From Polyangiales bacterium (GTDB taxonomy: Bacteria > Myxococcota_A > Polyangia > Polyangiales > JADJQN01), in assembly GCA_964202905.1 (NCBI GenBank), contig CAXNJO010000004.1, positions 448,001 through 512,000 on the forward strand: DNA of 64,000 bases, in the 5' to 3' direction. Of this stretch, positions 23,128 through 33,642 are shown piece after piece. Below the pieces are notes generated by a model that saw only the letters and a list, made by a program, of their open reading frames with translations, was not told the origin of the DNA and made no database searches. A program made the position numbers and the translations under genes. Positions within the stretch are counted from its first letter, which is position 1; the number at the start of each line of letters is the position of its first letter.

Positions 23128-26100
23128 CAGTTCCCCCCGTCGCCCGTCGCACTGCCGCCCGCGGCACCCGATGCTGCTGCGCCGCCCGTCGCCTCCGAAT
23201 CGCCCGCCTCGGCCTCCTCGGCCGTCTGACCGAGCTCGACGACGCCCGGCCGCGCGACCGCACGGTGGACATAGCCGGGCTCGCCGCGGAGTTCCGCGGC
23301 CATCGGATACTGCGTCGGGTTGAGCCGGTTCAACTCCTCCTCGCAGGTGTGCGAGTACTGATTGAACCACCGCACGCGCGTCGCGGTGATGATGCAGTAC
23401 TCGAACTTCGGCAGCGCGAGGTTGTAGAACACCGTCCGCTGCTCATTGAGAGCACCGACGTAGATGTCGTACAGCTCGGGATCGTTCTCGATCTCGGTCG
23501 GGACCGGCGCGTCGTCGAACGCGTCGACGAAGGCCGTGTACATCTGGCCGATGCGCGATGCCGCGCCGATGAGCCACTGGGGCACGTCGAGAGCCACAAG
23601 CTTGTTGTACGCGGCCTCAGCCGCTTCCAGTGCAGCCTTCTTGCGCTCGAGCCAGCGCTTGAAATCGCCGGTCGCCCAGCGGGTGACCGCATCGAGGTTG
23701 CCCTGACCGGAGTACTCCGGGAAGCGGATCCGATTGTAGGCGACGTACAGAGACTCAGCCTGGTAGAAGAGCGCCTCGCTGACGCCCGTCTTCGCCTCGA
23801 GGAGAGCGGCGGCCTTCCCGCCGTCGTCCATCTCGAGACGCGCGATCGCCTCGGGCGCGCCACGCTCCCAGAGGCGCACGGCATCCGCGAGAAACGGCAC
23901 CCCCAGCGTCTCGTTGCTCATCTCGCGGTAGGCGCGCGCGATGTGGATGTTGGCCTGGATGCTGAGTTGCGGGGGCGCCGCGCGCTCGTAGGTCCGGAGC
24001 CAAGTGCGGTAGTGGTCGACGGCCTTCGCCCAGTTGCGCTGGTTCTCGAAGACGGTGCCGATCGAAAACATGACCTGTGCGACCTCACGCGGACGCGCGG
24101 AGCGACCGGTTCGGTAATTCCGCGCGAAGAGGTTCGCGTCCTCAATCGCCTTCTCCGTCTCGCCGAGGCCAAGCCTGAAGAACACGGCGTTTTGCAGAGC
24201 CTCCACCGCGTTGGCACACGTGCCTTGTGCGCGGTCGGCGTCGGTGCAGCGAGAGCCGTCCTCGCCAGGGAAGGCCTTGGCGAATTGCTCGTAATAATCC
24301 GCGGCGCTCGAGTAGATGGCGAGTGCGTGATAGTTCGCGCCGAGCAGGTAGAGCGCGCGCTTGCCGAGTTCCGTCGTCGGGTGACGCTCGACGAGCAGCT
24401 TGCGGACCTTGATGGCGCGACCGACGAGGCGTGCCGCCTCGTAGTTGATCGCCGCGTTGTAGAGCACCTCGGGGAGACGCTCGTTCGTCGCCGCGTCCGC
24501 CTGACACTGGCGGTAGATGTCGACGTAGGCGCGCGCCGCGTCCTTGAACTGACGGTTCGCCTGGAGCGCCTCGGCCTTCTTGCGCTTGATGTCGCAGCGG
24601 AGGCTGCCGACGACGCGACAGAGGTCCCCATACTGCTCGCGGCGCTCCTGCGTGTCGCAGTACATGCCCTTGAGCGCCTCGACGTCAGTCTCGAGCGTGT
24701 CGAAGCACGCCGGACGGGCGGGGACGCTGTTCGTCCCGAGCACGTTCAAGGAGTCGAGGTAGAGGTTCGCGGCGTACTCCGCGAGCTCGGTGCTGCGGTG
24801 ATTCCAAGCGATGTCCCTGAAGAGAACGGACGCCTCCTCGTAGTGGTTCGCCTCGTAGAAGATGCGCGCGAGCCGGTACTTGACCGTAGGGAGCTCTTCG
24901 CTGTCCGTGACAAAGCAGATGAAGCGCTTGAACGCGTTCGTCATCCCCTGCTCTTGCGAGGAGAACTCGCGCGGGCGGTACTGCGCGGCCGGGTCGGGCT
25001 CTGGCTCTTCCGCTTGCGCCCCGCGCCGACCACGCCGAGGTGCTGCGCCCGCTCGCGCGCCCGCAGCGCTGCGTGTCGTGCGCTCGCTCGCCTGATACTG
25101 CGTCTGGTACAGATTGTTGTAACAGAGCACCGCGGCGTAGGCGGCATCGGAGGTGAACTCACCGCCCGGGTTCAGTTCGACGACGCGGTCGAACGCAGGC
25201 CCGCAGTTCGGCCAATCCTCCATCTTCCAGAGCAGCTCGGCGTAGAAGTAGGAGACCCGGTAGTTCGTCGGCCAGTCGCGCCGATCGATCTCGGGGAACT
25301 GCATGCTCTCCATGTCGGGGAACTTGTCGATGACGAGCTTGTAGAGCTGCGACGCGAGGCCCATCGTCGATCGGTCGTTCGTGCCGGGCTGCGTGTCCGT
25401 ACCAATCGCCTCGCGGTGCCAGGCCGTGGAGAGCTCGACGAGGATCGACGCCGTCGTCTGCTTACACGCCGTGAGCGACTCGGGAGAGTGGGAATTGCCG
25501 CGCGCCGTGAAGGTGTCGTAGAGGTCGACCATGCGCTGGATCTCGCGCGTCTGCTCGGGCTTCGGCTTCGACGAGATGATTGCGTTGCTGACGCGGCCCT
25601 GCCAGTAGCAGAGCTTGTCGCTCGCCGGGGTTGTGGCCATCAGGTCGTGGAAGACGCTGATCGCGTTCACCCACTTGCCGGTGTCGAAATACAAATCTCC
25701 GAGCTGCTCGAACATCTGCTGCGCCTGCTCTTCGTCCTTCGCGTAGCGGCGGAAGAACTCGAGCGCGCGCTCCGGATTGCCGACCTGCGCATACGGAAGG
25801 ATCAACTCGCGTCGCGCCTGCCGGGCGAGGTTTTCAACGTCCCGCGCGTCCGGGTTAGCGACGGCGAACTCGATCGTCTCGACGAACTTCTGCAGCGCAG
25901 CGCGGAAGTCTTCCTTGTTGTAATAAGCCCACGCCTGCTTGTACACGGCGTAGCCGAAGACGGGATTCCGCTCGGCAGGGATCTCGGTAACCTTCTGGTA
26001 GAACTGGAGGGCGTTGTCCATCTCGCCCTCGCCGAAGAAGTACTCGGCGAAGGACAGATACGCGTTGGGGATGAACTTCGACTGCGGGAAGCCCTTGATC

Positions 26101-26831
26101 AGGCGGAAGTAGACCTGACGTGCGCGGTCGAACTGCCGCATCTCCTCCAGCGCGAAGCCGAGCGAGAACAAGACCTCATCCATGCGGCGGTAGTTCGGAT
26201 GATCCTGCACGAGCGTGGCGTAGGTGCGGATCGCGTCCTCGCGCGCGCCCTTGAGGGACTCCTCGGCGGCCGTCTGCGCCTGGCGCTGCTGGCGGCAGTT
26301 GTTCGCGTTCTTCTGGCGGTCGCATGCTTGGAAGATCGGGTCATCGAAGCTGCGGACCTGCGCGGTCAACGTCTGCTGCAGTTCGAAGTACGACTCGGCG
26401 AGACGCAAGAGGATGTCGGGCCGACGGGGATCGTTCGTGCGCGTGTTGCGCACGAGCCGCTCAGTGAGCTGGATCTCGCGACGCAGGAGCTGCTCGCCCC
26501 GCTGCCGAATCTCTGCAGCGCGTCCGGTCGCCGTCGAGGCGTCAATCTCGAAGCTTGGGCCTGTAGGACCCTGCTTCTTCTCCTCGACGCGGCGCTTGCT
26601 CGTCGTGAGGTGCGAGCTTGGCGCCGACCCCGCGGACTTCGTCGCGCGCGGGGCGTTGCTCGGGCATGCGGTGAGCCGGGGAGCGATGTCCGGCCCGATG
26701 CAGAAGCTCGGCGAGGCCGCCGCAGGCGTTGCCGCCGCGGCTCCCCCGCCGTCCTGGGCTCCGACGAGCACCGGGACGGTGGCGGCGAGCATCGAGAGAA
26801 CAACCAGCCCCACGAGGCGCATACGAGACAT
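23127..26831 (-). CDS. gltD: Large periplasmic TPR protein GltD/AgmU
   Basis: 1234 aa, signal peptide, TPR arrays, C-terminal DAPVP..LN..YP region, synteny. Confidence 0.85.
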   Translation of the reverse strand: MSRMRLVGLVVLSMLAATVPVLVGAQDGGGAAAATPAAASPSFCIGPDIAPRLTACPSNAPRATKSAGSAPSSHLTTSKRRVEEKKQGPTGPSFEIDASTATGRAAEIRQRGEQLLRREIQLTERLVRNTRTNDPRRPDILLRLAESYFELQQTLTAQVRSFDDPIFQACDRQKNANNCRQQRQAQTAAEESLKGAREDAIRTYATLVQDHPNYRRMDEVLFSLGFALEEMRQFDRARQVYFRLIKGFPQSKFIPNAYLSFAEYFFGEGEMDNALQFYQKVTEIPAERNPVFGYAVYKQAWAYYNKEDFRAALQKFVETIEFAVANPDARDVENLARQARRELILPYAQVGNPERALEFFRRYAKDEEQAQQMFEQLGDLYFDTGKWVNAISVFHDLMATTPASDKLCYWQGRVSNAIISSKPKPEQTREIQRMVDLYDTFTARGNSHSPESLTACKQTTASILVELSTAWHREAIGTDTQPGTNDRSTMGLASQLYKLVIDKFPDMESMQFPEIDRRDWPTNYRVSYFYAELLWKMEDWPNCGPAFDRVVELNPGGEFTSDAAYAAVLCYNNLYQTQYQASERTTRSAAGARAGAAPRRGRRGAQAEEPEPDPAAQYRPREFSSQEQGMTNAFKRFICFVTDSEELPTVKYRLARIFYEANHYEEASVLFRDIAWNHRSTELAEYAANLYLDSLNVLGTNSVPARPACFDTLETDVEALKGMYCDTQERREQYGDLCRVVGSLRCDIKRKKAEALQANRQFKDAARAYVDIYRQCQADAATNERLPEVLYNAAINYEAARLVGRAIKVRKLLVERHPTTELGKRALYLLGANYHALAIYSSAADYYEQFAKAFPGEDGSRCTDADRAQGTCANAVEALQNAVFFRLGLGETEKAIEDANLFARNYRTGRSARPREVAQVMFSIGTVFENQRNWAKAVDHYRTWLRTYERAAPPQLSIQANIHIARAYREMSNETLGVPFLADAVRLWERGAPEAIARLEMDDGGKAAALLEAKTGVSEALFYQAESLYVAYNRIRFPEYSGQGNLDAVTRWATGDFKRWLERKKAALEAAEAAYNKLVALDVPQWLIGAASRIGQMYTAFVDAFDDAPVPTEIENDPELYDIYVGALNEQRTVFYNLALPKFEYCIITATRVRWFNQYSHTCEEELNRLNPTQYPMAAELRGEPGYVHRAVARPGVVELGQTAEEAEAGDSEATGGAAASGAAGGSATGDGGN

Positions 26832-26885
26832 GGAAAACCCTCCGACTGCGGTCAGCCGAGTGAGAAGATCAGCGATGTGCGGGAC

Positions 26886-28646
26886 TCAACGGCCGCACTG
26901 CGAAGTAACCTGCTGGCGGTAGAAGCCAAGCTCGTCGCGCCAGAATTCGCCGTCGAACGGCCACATCTGGTGCTCCTCGTCGACCTCGACGTTGCCGCCG
27001 CCCGAGCGGGCAGCTTCCGTCATCTGCTGCTGCGCGTCCTGCTCGAGGCCACCGCGGGTGTACGTGTTGATCTCGAGTTCGATCGTGTCGGCCTGGTTCT
27101 GCAGGTCTTGGAGTTCTTCGATCAGGCGGTTGTAGCGGCCGCGCGCGAGGTCGCCCGTCTGATCGATCGCGAAGGCTTTGGCGATGGCGATGTCCTGACG
27201 GATACGGATGCCGAGCGACGAACCCGAGAAGGCCTGCGGCGCGCGGGTCAGACGCTGGTCCTCCTCGTCGAGGAGTCGGACGTATTCGAGATTCCGGAGA
27301 ACGGTGCGGTCTGAGAGGGCGGACGAGACGATGCCGCGGATACGCGGGCTGAGGTTCGCCTGACCACCGCGGACGCGCTGGAGGAACTCGTAGAACGCGT
27401 TGTTGTCTTGGAACTGAGCAAGCGTGGTCTCGAGCTCGCTCTTGACCGGATCGAAGCGCTCGTGGAACTGGCCGATCATCGCCTCGGCGTTCGGCATCTG
27501 GCAGTTCGAGAAGAACACGACGGCCTTGAGCACGAGCGCCTCGGGGTAGTAGGCGCGGTCGAAATACGGCGAGTAGAGCGTGTGGACGTTGCCGAGCGCG
27601 CGGGCGTACTCGTCGGCCAGGAAGAACGCCCACGATTCCTCGAAGAGCGCGTCGAGCCAGTACTCGGAGCCCTGGGGGACGCGGTTCCACGCTTCGACCG
27701 CGTTGCCGAGGAGCCGCCCGTCGACCTGCCGCTCACCCGTTTCCGCGTTCACGCGGTTGGCAGCCGTGTAGTAGACGCGCGCAAGCGACAGCCACGCGAG
27801 GTCCTCGAGGCGGTCCTCATCCTCGACGCCCTCCACGGCGCCCTCTTCGACGGCCTCGATGATGCCGCGGAAGGAGCGGATCGCCGGCTGAGCGCGGCGC
27901 ATGCGGACGTGCGTGATGCCCTCGAAGAAGCGGGCCGGGACGAGGAAACGCGAGCGGCTGTCGACCTTCTGGAAGAGCGTCACGGCCTCGTCGAACTCGC
28001 CCTGCGAGTACTTGAAGCGACCCATCAGATAGAGGAGTTGGTTGTACAGTTCGGCGCTCTCGGCGTTGTTGAACTGCTCGAGTTGGTCGACGCCGTAACG
28101 GCCGACCTTCTCGACGATGCCCGCGGGCTCGGGAAGCTGCGAAGCGAGTTGGGCAAGCCACTGCAGCGTCTGCCCGAAGAAGTTGTGCGCCTGGCCTTGC
28201 TGGCCGATCTCGTCGAAAACGGCGAGCGCGCTCTGGTAGTAGCGCAGGTGGTAAAGGCACTTGCCCAGGAAGAACTGCGCCTTCTGGACGTTGGCCGGTG
28301 CGTCCTGCGTCTCCCCCTCGACCACGCGCTGGAACTGCACGGCGCCTTCGAGGTACTTCTCCTGCTGATACAGGCGAAGTGCGTTCGCGAGCGCCTCGGA
28401 CGGCGGCCCCTCCGCCGGCGGCGCAGGCGGTTGCCCCGTCTCATCGACGCTGAACGTCATGTCCTGCGCGCTCGCGTGCGACGCGGTGCCGACGGCCGAG
28501 AGCACGACGAACGATGCGGCCGCGACGAGTCCGCGCCCGCGCGGCGCGCGCGATGCGAGGGCGCGGAGGCCAGTTCCCCGGGGATCGATGTCCTGCGACG
28601 CGGTCGCGGTGCGGGGGGCGTTCACATTTCCGGCGATCGGACTCAT
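26886..28646 (-). CDS. gltC: Periplasmic TPR protein GltC
   Basis: TPRs, ALFEESWAFF, C-terminal WPFDGEFWRDELGFY..C signature; GGAGG RBS before the ATG at 28646. Confidence 0.85.
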   Translation of the reverse strand: MSPIAGNVNAPRTATASQDIDPRGTGLRALASRAPRGRGLVAAASFVVLSAVGTASHASAQDMTFSVDETGQPPAPPAEGPPSEALANALRLYQQEKYLEGAVQFQRVVEGETQDAPANVQKAQFFLGKCLYHLRYYQSALAVFDEIGQQGQAHNFFGQTLQWLAQLASQLPEPAGIVEKVGRYGVDQLEQFNNAESAELYNQLLYLMGRFKYSQGEFDEAVTLFQKVDSRSRFLVPARFFEGITHVRMRRAQPAIRSFRGIIEAVEEGAVEGVEDEDRLEDLAWLSLARVYYTAANRVNAETGERQVDGRLLGNAVEAWNRVPQGSEYWLDALFEESWAFFLADEYARALGNVHTLYSPYFDRAYYPEALVLKAVVFFSNCQMPNAEAMIGQFHERFDPVKSELETTLAQFQDNNAFYEFLQRVRGGQANLSPRIRGIVSSALSDRTVLRNLEYVRLLDEEDQRLTRAPQAFSGSSLGIRIRQDIAIAKAFAIDQTGDLARGRYNRLIEELQDLQNQADTIELEINTYTRGGLEQDAQQQMTEAARSGGGNVEVDEEHQMWPFDGEFWRDELGFYRQQVTSQCGR

Positions 28647-28755
28647 CGGCAATCCTCCACTGAGGGGGAACGTGCTGCTGGCCACCAGCGCCCGGGGATG
28701 GTCCGAGCGCCAGAAAAACGAAAAGATTCAGGACGTTAGGAACAGGGCGGGCCGG

Positions 28756-28785
28756 ATGATAAAGAGGCTCATCGCGCGATGTCAA
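28756..28785 (-). promoter_or_regulatory. Sigma70-like promoter for the gltC-G operon
   Basis: Minus strand TTGACA-N18-TATCAT; palindrome CATCGCGCGATG overlaps the spacer. Confidence 0.6.
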
Positions 28786-28867
28786 GGGAAAACGGGTCGA
28801 TGCTTTCGACTCGGTAGACCCGTCGCGGGAGCGCTTGCCGGCGTCGCGGCGCACGGCGCATCCACGC

Positions 28868-28897
28868 TTGACACCCGCCCCGCCGGCGACGTAGCTT
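28868..28897 (+). promoter_or_regulatory. Sigma70-like promoter for the cglC-like gene
   Basis: TTGACA-N18-TAGCTT upstream of the gene. Confidence 0.5.
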
Positions 28898-28973
28898 GCG
28901 GCCGATCGTGATGTGCCTCCGGCCGCGACCAACCGCCCACGAGACGACCGTTCCACTCATGGAGATGACGACG

Positions 28974-29384
28974 ATGAACCGCTCCCTCGCGCAGATCCTG
29001 ACGGTGCTCGCCGTCGCCCTCGCGGCCTTGTCCGCGACCGGCTGTCAGGTCGAGGCCGTCGGCGACCCCTGCGTCCCGGAGAACGTGCCCCCGGGAGGTT
29101 TCCTCAGCGGCGAGGCCTACCTGGAGACGAGTTCCGTCCAATGTCGGACCCGCGTCTGCATTGTCAACGACCTCCAGGGTGATCCGACCCGCGTCGGCTG
29201 CACCGAAGAAGGTTGCGTTTCTCAGCCGGAAGTCGACGACAGCGTCTACTGTACCTGCCGCTGCGACGGCCCTGCCGGCGCCGCCGACTTCTGCGAGTGC
29301 CCCGAGGGCTTCGAGTGCAAGCAGGTGCTCTCGAGCGGAGGCGTCGGAATCGTCGGCAGCTACTGCGTCAAGCCCAAGCTCTGA
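28974..29384 (+). CDS. cglC: Cys-rich lipoprotein, CglC/GltK-like
   Basis: ATGC lipobox, VGDPC..QCRTRVC..YCTCRC..CPEGFEC..YCV pattern; divergent from gltC. Confidence 0.65.
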   Translation: MNRSLAQILTVLAVALAALSATGCQVEAVGDPCVPENVPPGGFLSGEAYLETSSVQCRTRVCIVNDLQGDPTRVGCTEEGCVSQPEVDDSVYCTCRCDGPAGAADFCECPEGFECKQVLSSGGVGIVGSYCVKPKL

Positions 29385-29407
29385 ACGCCTCGCCAGGGTC
29401 GCCGCTG

Positions 29408-29905
29408 TTGGAACGCTCCGCGCCGAAGTCGGGTCGCTCATCCCGCCCCAAGGCGGAGTTCGCTTCGAAAGCCTCGGATACCCCCGAAGCGCCGGTCTCC
29501 CGGACCCGTGCGAAGTCCTCTCCCGTCGACGCCCGAGCCCCGTCTCCGGGCGTCGACGCACGCCAAACCCTCGGGCGGCGCGCGGAGGCCTTCGTGGCGG
29601 ACAAGCTCGTCGCCGACGGCTTCACGATCCTCGCCCGCAACGCACGCGTGGGTCGCCTCGAACTCGATTTGGTCGCGCGCCGCGGCTCGCTGATCGTGTT
29701 CTGCGAGGTCCGCGCGCGGCGGCGCGACGACTTCATGGCCCCGGCGGAGTCGCTCGATCGTCGCAAGCGCGAGCGTGTACGGCGCGCCGCAACGATGTGG
29801 TTGGCGAGCTCCGGGCTGCGGGGCGTGGATGCGCGTCTCGACGTCGCAGCCCTCGTCGCGCGAGACGGCGAGTTCGCGCTCGAGTACTACGAAGACGCGT
29901 TCTGA
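29408..29905 (+). CDS. YraN family (UPF0102) nuclease-like protein
   Basis: GRRAEAFV..GFTILARN..ELDLVA..VFCEVR..RLDV; start uncertain. Confidence 0.85.
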   Translation: MERSAPKSGRSSRPKAEFASKASDTPEAPVSRTRAKSSPVDARAPSPGVDARQTLGRRAEAFVADKLVADGFTILARNARVGRLELDLVARRGSLIVFCEVRARRRDDFMAPAESLDRRKRERVRRAATMWLASSGLRGVDARLDVAALVARDGEFALEYYEDAF

Positions 29906-29953
29906 AGCGAGCGGCTAAGGCGATCGCGGCGCACGCGGGGTGCGCCTAGACGG

Positions 29954-30581
29954 TCACTCGAGCTCGGCGCGCATCCGATCGTGGAGCTCGGTGAGATCGC
30001 GGATGACGTCTTCCGGCGCACCGGCGGCCCGCGCCCGCGTGATCGTGGTCGCGAGTGAGGCAATCTCCTCTGCCTGGCGGCGCCGAAGTTCCTCGACCAT
30101 CCCCTCGAACGCCAAGAACACGTCCTGCAATTCGTCGCCCTTGCGGAGCTTGCCCACCACTTTGAGATGACCGTCGCGGACCTGACCGAGCAGCAACTTC
30201 AGCTTGTGCGCGGGCCCGACGAGTTTGTGCGTGACGAGGATGCCGGTGACGACCGAGCGTCACGGCTGATGAGACGCGATGCCGCCAATGATGGAAAAAA
30301 GAACCTTACTGGTCTTCGTCTCGTGCCCAACGCACCGAAGTCGTTGCGCACCGACGGGATCGAGATCGGGCTCGTATTTCATCGTGATGGTAGAGCGACT
30401 CGGTCTGACCCCGGGAATAGTCGTAGGCGAAGTAACCGAGGACGCTCGCGATCGACGAGCGGTGACACGCGACGACCATGCCCGTGTACTTGAGCTGGAA
30501 GCGCGGCTGCAGGAGGTAGTTGCGCAGGTGGCGCTTCGGGGGGCCGCCCGGATTGGGAAGGGATTGCGTCTCTGACGACAT
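29954..30581 (-). CDS. Membrane protein with HAMP domain (multiply frameshifted)
   Basis: RNYLLQPRFQLKY N-terminus, THKLVGP, HAMP-like LRKGDELQDV; frame changes at 30.25-30.47 kb. Confidence 0.7.
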
Positions 30582-30679
30582 CGGCGTCTCCGCGAGGGCT
30601 GTCGAACGAGCGGACGGGATTGTCCAAGACCGGGACCGGGATGACAAGATTTGCGCCGCTCGTTGCGGCATCTCGGACA

Positions 30680-31612
30680 CTAGGGCACAGCGCGGGCCGT
30701 CGCTGCGCTCGCCTCGAGCGCCTGCGGGAGGCGGCGCAGGGCGCCGGTGAGCGCCGCCTCGATGGCCTGTTGGCGCGCCGCGTCGCCGCTGCCGGCGCCG
30801 GAGACGGTGGCTGCACCCTGCAGGATCGAGCGCATGTCGCGCCCCGGGTAGGTGTTGACGATGACGGACACCGCGGCGCGGAGCGCGCCGCCCGGGCGCT
30901 CCTCGAGGGACGTCACCGACACGTCGAGGAAGTAACCGACGAGACGATCGCGCTGGATCACCCGGCGCGCAGCGGTGTTCGTCTCTTCGGACGGCGCGAC
31001 GCGCACGCCCGGGACCTGAGCCAAGCTGTCCACGATGAACGTCCGCGCCGAGGCGAGCGCGGTCGCGCCGATCGCGACTGTCGATGCGGGCGTCGAGACG
31101 CCGACGTAGAAGCGCGCGGGTCCGCTTGGCGCCGGAGTGACCACCGCCGTGCTCGCGGGCGGTGACACGGGGCGTGCGCCGCCGTTCGTGCGGGCCACGC
31201 GCTCGAGGGCCGTTGCGGCCCGGCGCGCAGCGGCTTTCACGCCCGGGTCGGCGTCGCGCGTCGCGAGTGTGCGGAGGGTGTCCAACGCGGTGACCTCGGC
31301 CCTTGCTGCAATCGAGGACACGATCGCGGTGCGCACCGCAGGGTGCTCGTCTCCGAGCGCGCGCACGAGGGCCCCGCCCACCCCGGGGTCGTCGGTGCCG
31401 GTGCGCGCGAGCGCCAGCGCGGCCTGCGCGCGCACGCGGAATTGATCGGACGTGGTCATCAACCGCACGAGGTAGTCCGCCCGCGCATCGGCCGACGCGC
31501 GCAGCGGAAGCGCAGCGGTCATCAGCAGGGCAAACGCTCCGAGCAGCACGCGCAAACGCCGTGTGCGCTCGAGGGGGACGAGCGCTGCATCCTTCGAGCG
31601 GCCTGCCGACAT
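30680..31612 (-). CDS. Exported HEAT-repeat protein
   Basis: Signal ending ASA; FRVRAQAALAL, LGDEHPAVR repeats; C-terminal alpha/beta domain. Confidence 0.75.
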   Translation of the reverse strand: MSAGRSKDAALVPLERTRRLRVLLGAFALLMTAALPLRASADARADYLVRLMTTSDQFRVRAQAALALARTGTDDPGVGGALVRALGDEHPAVRTAIVSSIAARAEVTALDTLRTLATRDADPGVKAAARRAATALERVARTNGGARPVSPPASTAVVTPAPSGPARFYVGVSTPASTVAIGATALASARTFIVDSLAQVPGVRVAPSEETNTAARRVIQRDRLVGYFLDVSVTSLEERPGGALRAAVSVIVNTYPGRDMRSILQGAATVSGAGSGDAARQQAIEAALTGALRRLPQALEASAATARAVP

Positions 31613-31856
31613 GGGCGTGTCCTCTCTCTGCGCGGGCGGGGCCGGCGTCCCCGCCGGGCCCGGGCGACGTCCGGCGCCACGCGGGCCTTTCGACGCGGGC
31701 ACGACAGCCGTGTTCACGCGCTCAGGCACGGCTGAGTATTTCCCCACCTCGGCCGACCGCGCAATGCGCCCCCGGGCGATCTCGAGGTTCCGACGCGCGA
31801 CGAGGCGCGCGCGAACCGCTGTTGCGCGAGGAGTCACGAGATCGCAGCCTCGACGC

Positions 31857-33532
31857 GTGCGCCGGCTCGTCATGTCTGCCGTGTTCGCAGGGCTCGTCGT
31901 GCTTGCGCGCACGAGCGAAGCCGGTGCGCAGCCCGTCGTGCAGGTGCGCGCGGAGAGCCGCATCGAGCTCCGCGCTGGCTGGGGCCACGGGGCGCTTCGG
32001 GTCGATGGTGTCTTGCGGGACGACCTCGCGACGCCGCTCCCGGGCGCGACGATCGAACTGCGCGTGCAGCCCGTGTCGGGCGGAGCCACGCGACGTCGCA
32101 CGGTGCGAACCGATGAGGCGGCGCGCTCGGCGCGGACTTCGAGGTCGCGCCGGGGCCGCTGCGACTCGCCGCATCCTACGGGGGCGACGCGCACCACGAG
32201 CGGGTGGAGGTCGAGCGTGTCGTCGATGCCTCGCGCGCGGAAGTGCGCCTGCGGGTCGCCGTGCCGGACGAGGGGCGCTTGCGGCTCGATGCGCCAGACC
32301 ACGCGATCGAGGTGCGGGTCGACAGCGACGCGCCGACGCGTGGCCTTCGCGTCCGGCTTACGGATGAGCTGGGGCGGGGATTGGCAACATCGGACGCGGA
32401 TGCGCAGGGCGTCGCGCGGTTCCGTGTGCCGTCGTCGCGGCTCGGAGCCCCCTCGGCCGGCCGCCTCGTCGCACGCACCGATTCCGACCCGTTGCGCGCG
32501 GAAGCGCAGACCGAGGTCCCGATCGTACGCGTCGCGCCCACCCGCGTGTCGCTCGCGGTGAGCCACTCCCGCCCCGTGCGCGGCGACGCGATCCGCGCGC
32601 GCGGGCGCCTCGTCGACTTCGCCGGACGCCCGCTCCCTCGAGAGGCGATCGGGCTCTTCGCGGGCCGTGCGCGCGTCACGACGACGCTGACGGACGCCGA
32701 TGGCTCGTTCGATGCGCGTCTCGCGCCGCCCCGCGAGGGCCCGTCCACGTTGGTCGCGCGCTTCGAGAGCGACGCCCCGTGGCGCGAGCCGAGCGCGTCA
32801 CCGGGCGTGGCGATCGTGGTGCTCGCGCCGAACCGGACGCCGGTCGGGTGGGTGATCGCGACGCTGGTGGCGACCGCCACGATCCTCGCAGCGGTCGGCG
32901 TTGGAGGTCGACGCCGCGTCCCCCCCGCTCCCCTCGGATCGCAGCACCCGCCCGCGCCCGGCGTCGAGGCTGGCGCCCGCCGTTTCCGAGCAGATCGCGA
33001 CGGAATCGGCGGCGTCGTGGTGTCCCTGCGCGGCGGAGACCCCGTGGCGGAGGCGCACGTACGCCTGCGCGGCTCCGCCGATGCCGCCGACCTGCTCACG
33101 GTTCCGTGTGACCCACTCGGGCACTTCGCGCTCGCAGGCGTGGCGCCCGGCGACTACGCGCTCGAGATCGTTGCACCGGGCCATGAGGCCGTCGTGCAAG
33201 CCATCCGCGTCCCGCACCGGGGGGAGTGGAGCGCGACGCGAGTGCGTCTCGAGCGGTCGCGCGACCGGGCGCTCGACGCGCTCACACCGGTCGCGGCTGC
33301 GCTCTTCCCGGGACGGCACTGGGGAACGACGACGCCCGGCGAGGTGCGCGCACGCGCGGAGGACCGAAGACTGCCGCGCGAACCGGTCGCAACCCTCGCC
33401 GAAGGCGCCGAGCGCGCGGGTTTCGCCGCCAAGCCGCCCAGCGCCGAGGAGCTCCGCGCGACGGAAGCGGCGCGCGACGCGGTCCTCGACGCCTTGCACT
33501 TCGACACGAGCCGCTCCGACACGCGGCGTTGA
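31857..33532 (+). CDS. Exported/membrane protein with carboxypeptidase-regulatory-like beta-sandwich domains (frameshifted near 32.1-32.2 kb)
   Basis: Signal peptide (AGAQP), repeated TDADG.F motifs, central TM, GDYALEIVAPGH. Confidence 0.65.
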
Positions 33533-33642
33533 CGAGGGCCGCCCTGCCCTGCGTATAGTGCGCCGTCGGGCGCGTGTCGCGGCGGGGCAGCCCCGCGGCG
33601 AGCTTCACCGCGCCTCACGAAGGGAACGGGTCACCGCTCACG

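Noticed and set aside
23079..27314. 1411-aa plus-strand ORF and many other long Arg/Ala-rich ORFs
   Set aside because: Antisense or off-frame shadows of real genes, expected at this GC content; no motifs.
33529..33559. TTGACG-N19-TATAGT promoter for ftsY
   Set aside because: Plausible, but the spacer is long and the -35 overlaps the upstream stop codon; support is too weak to list as a feature.
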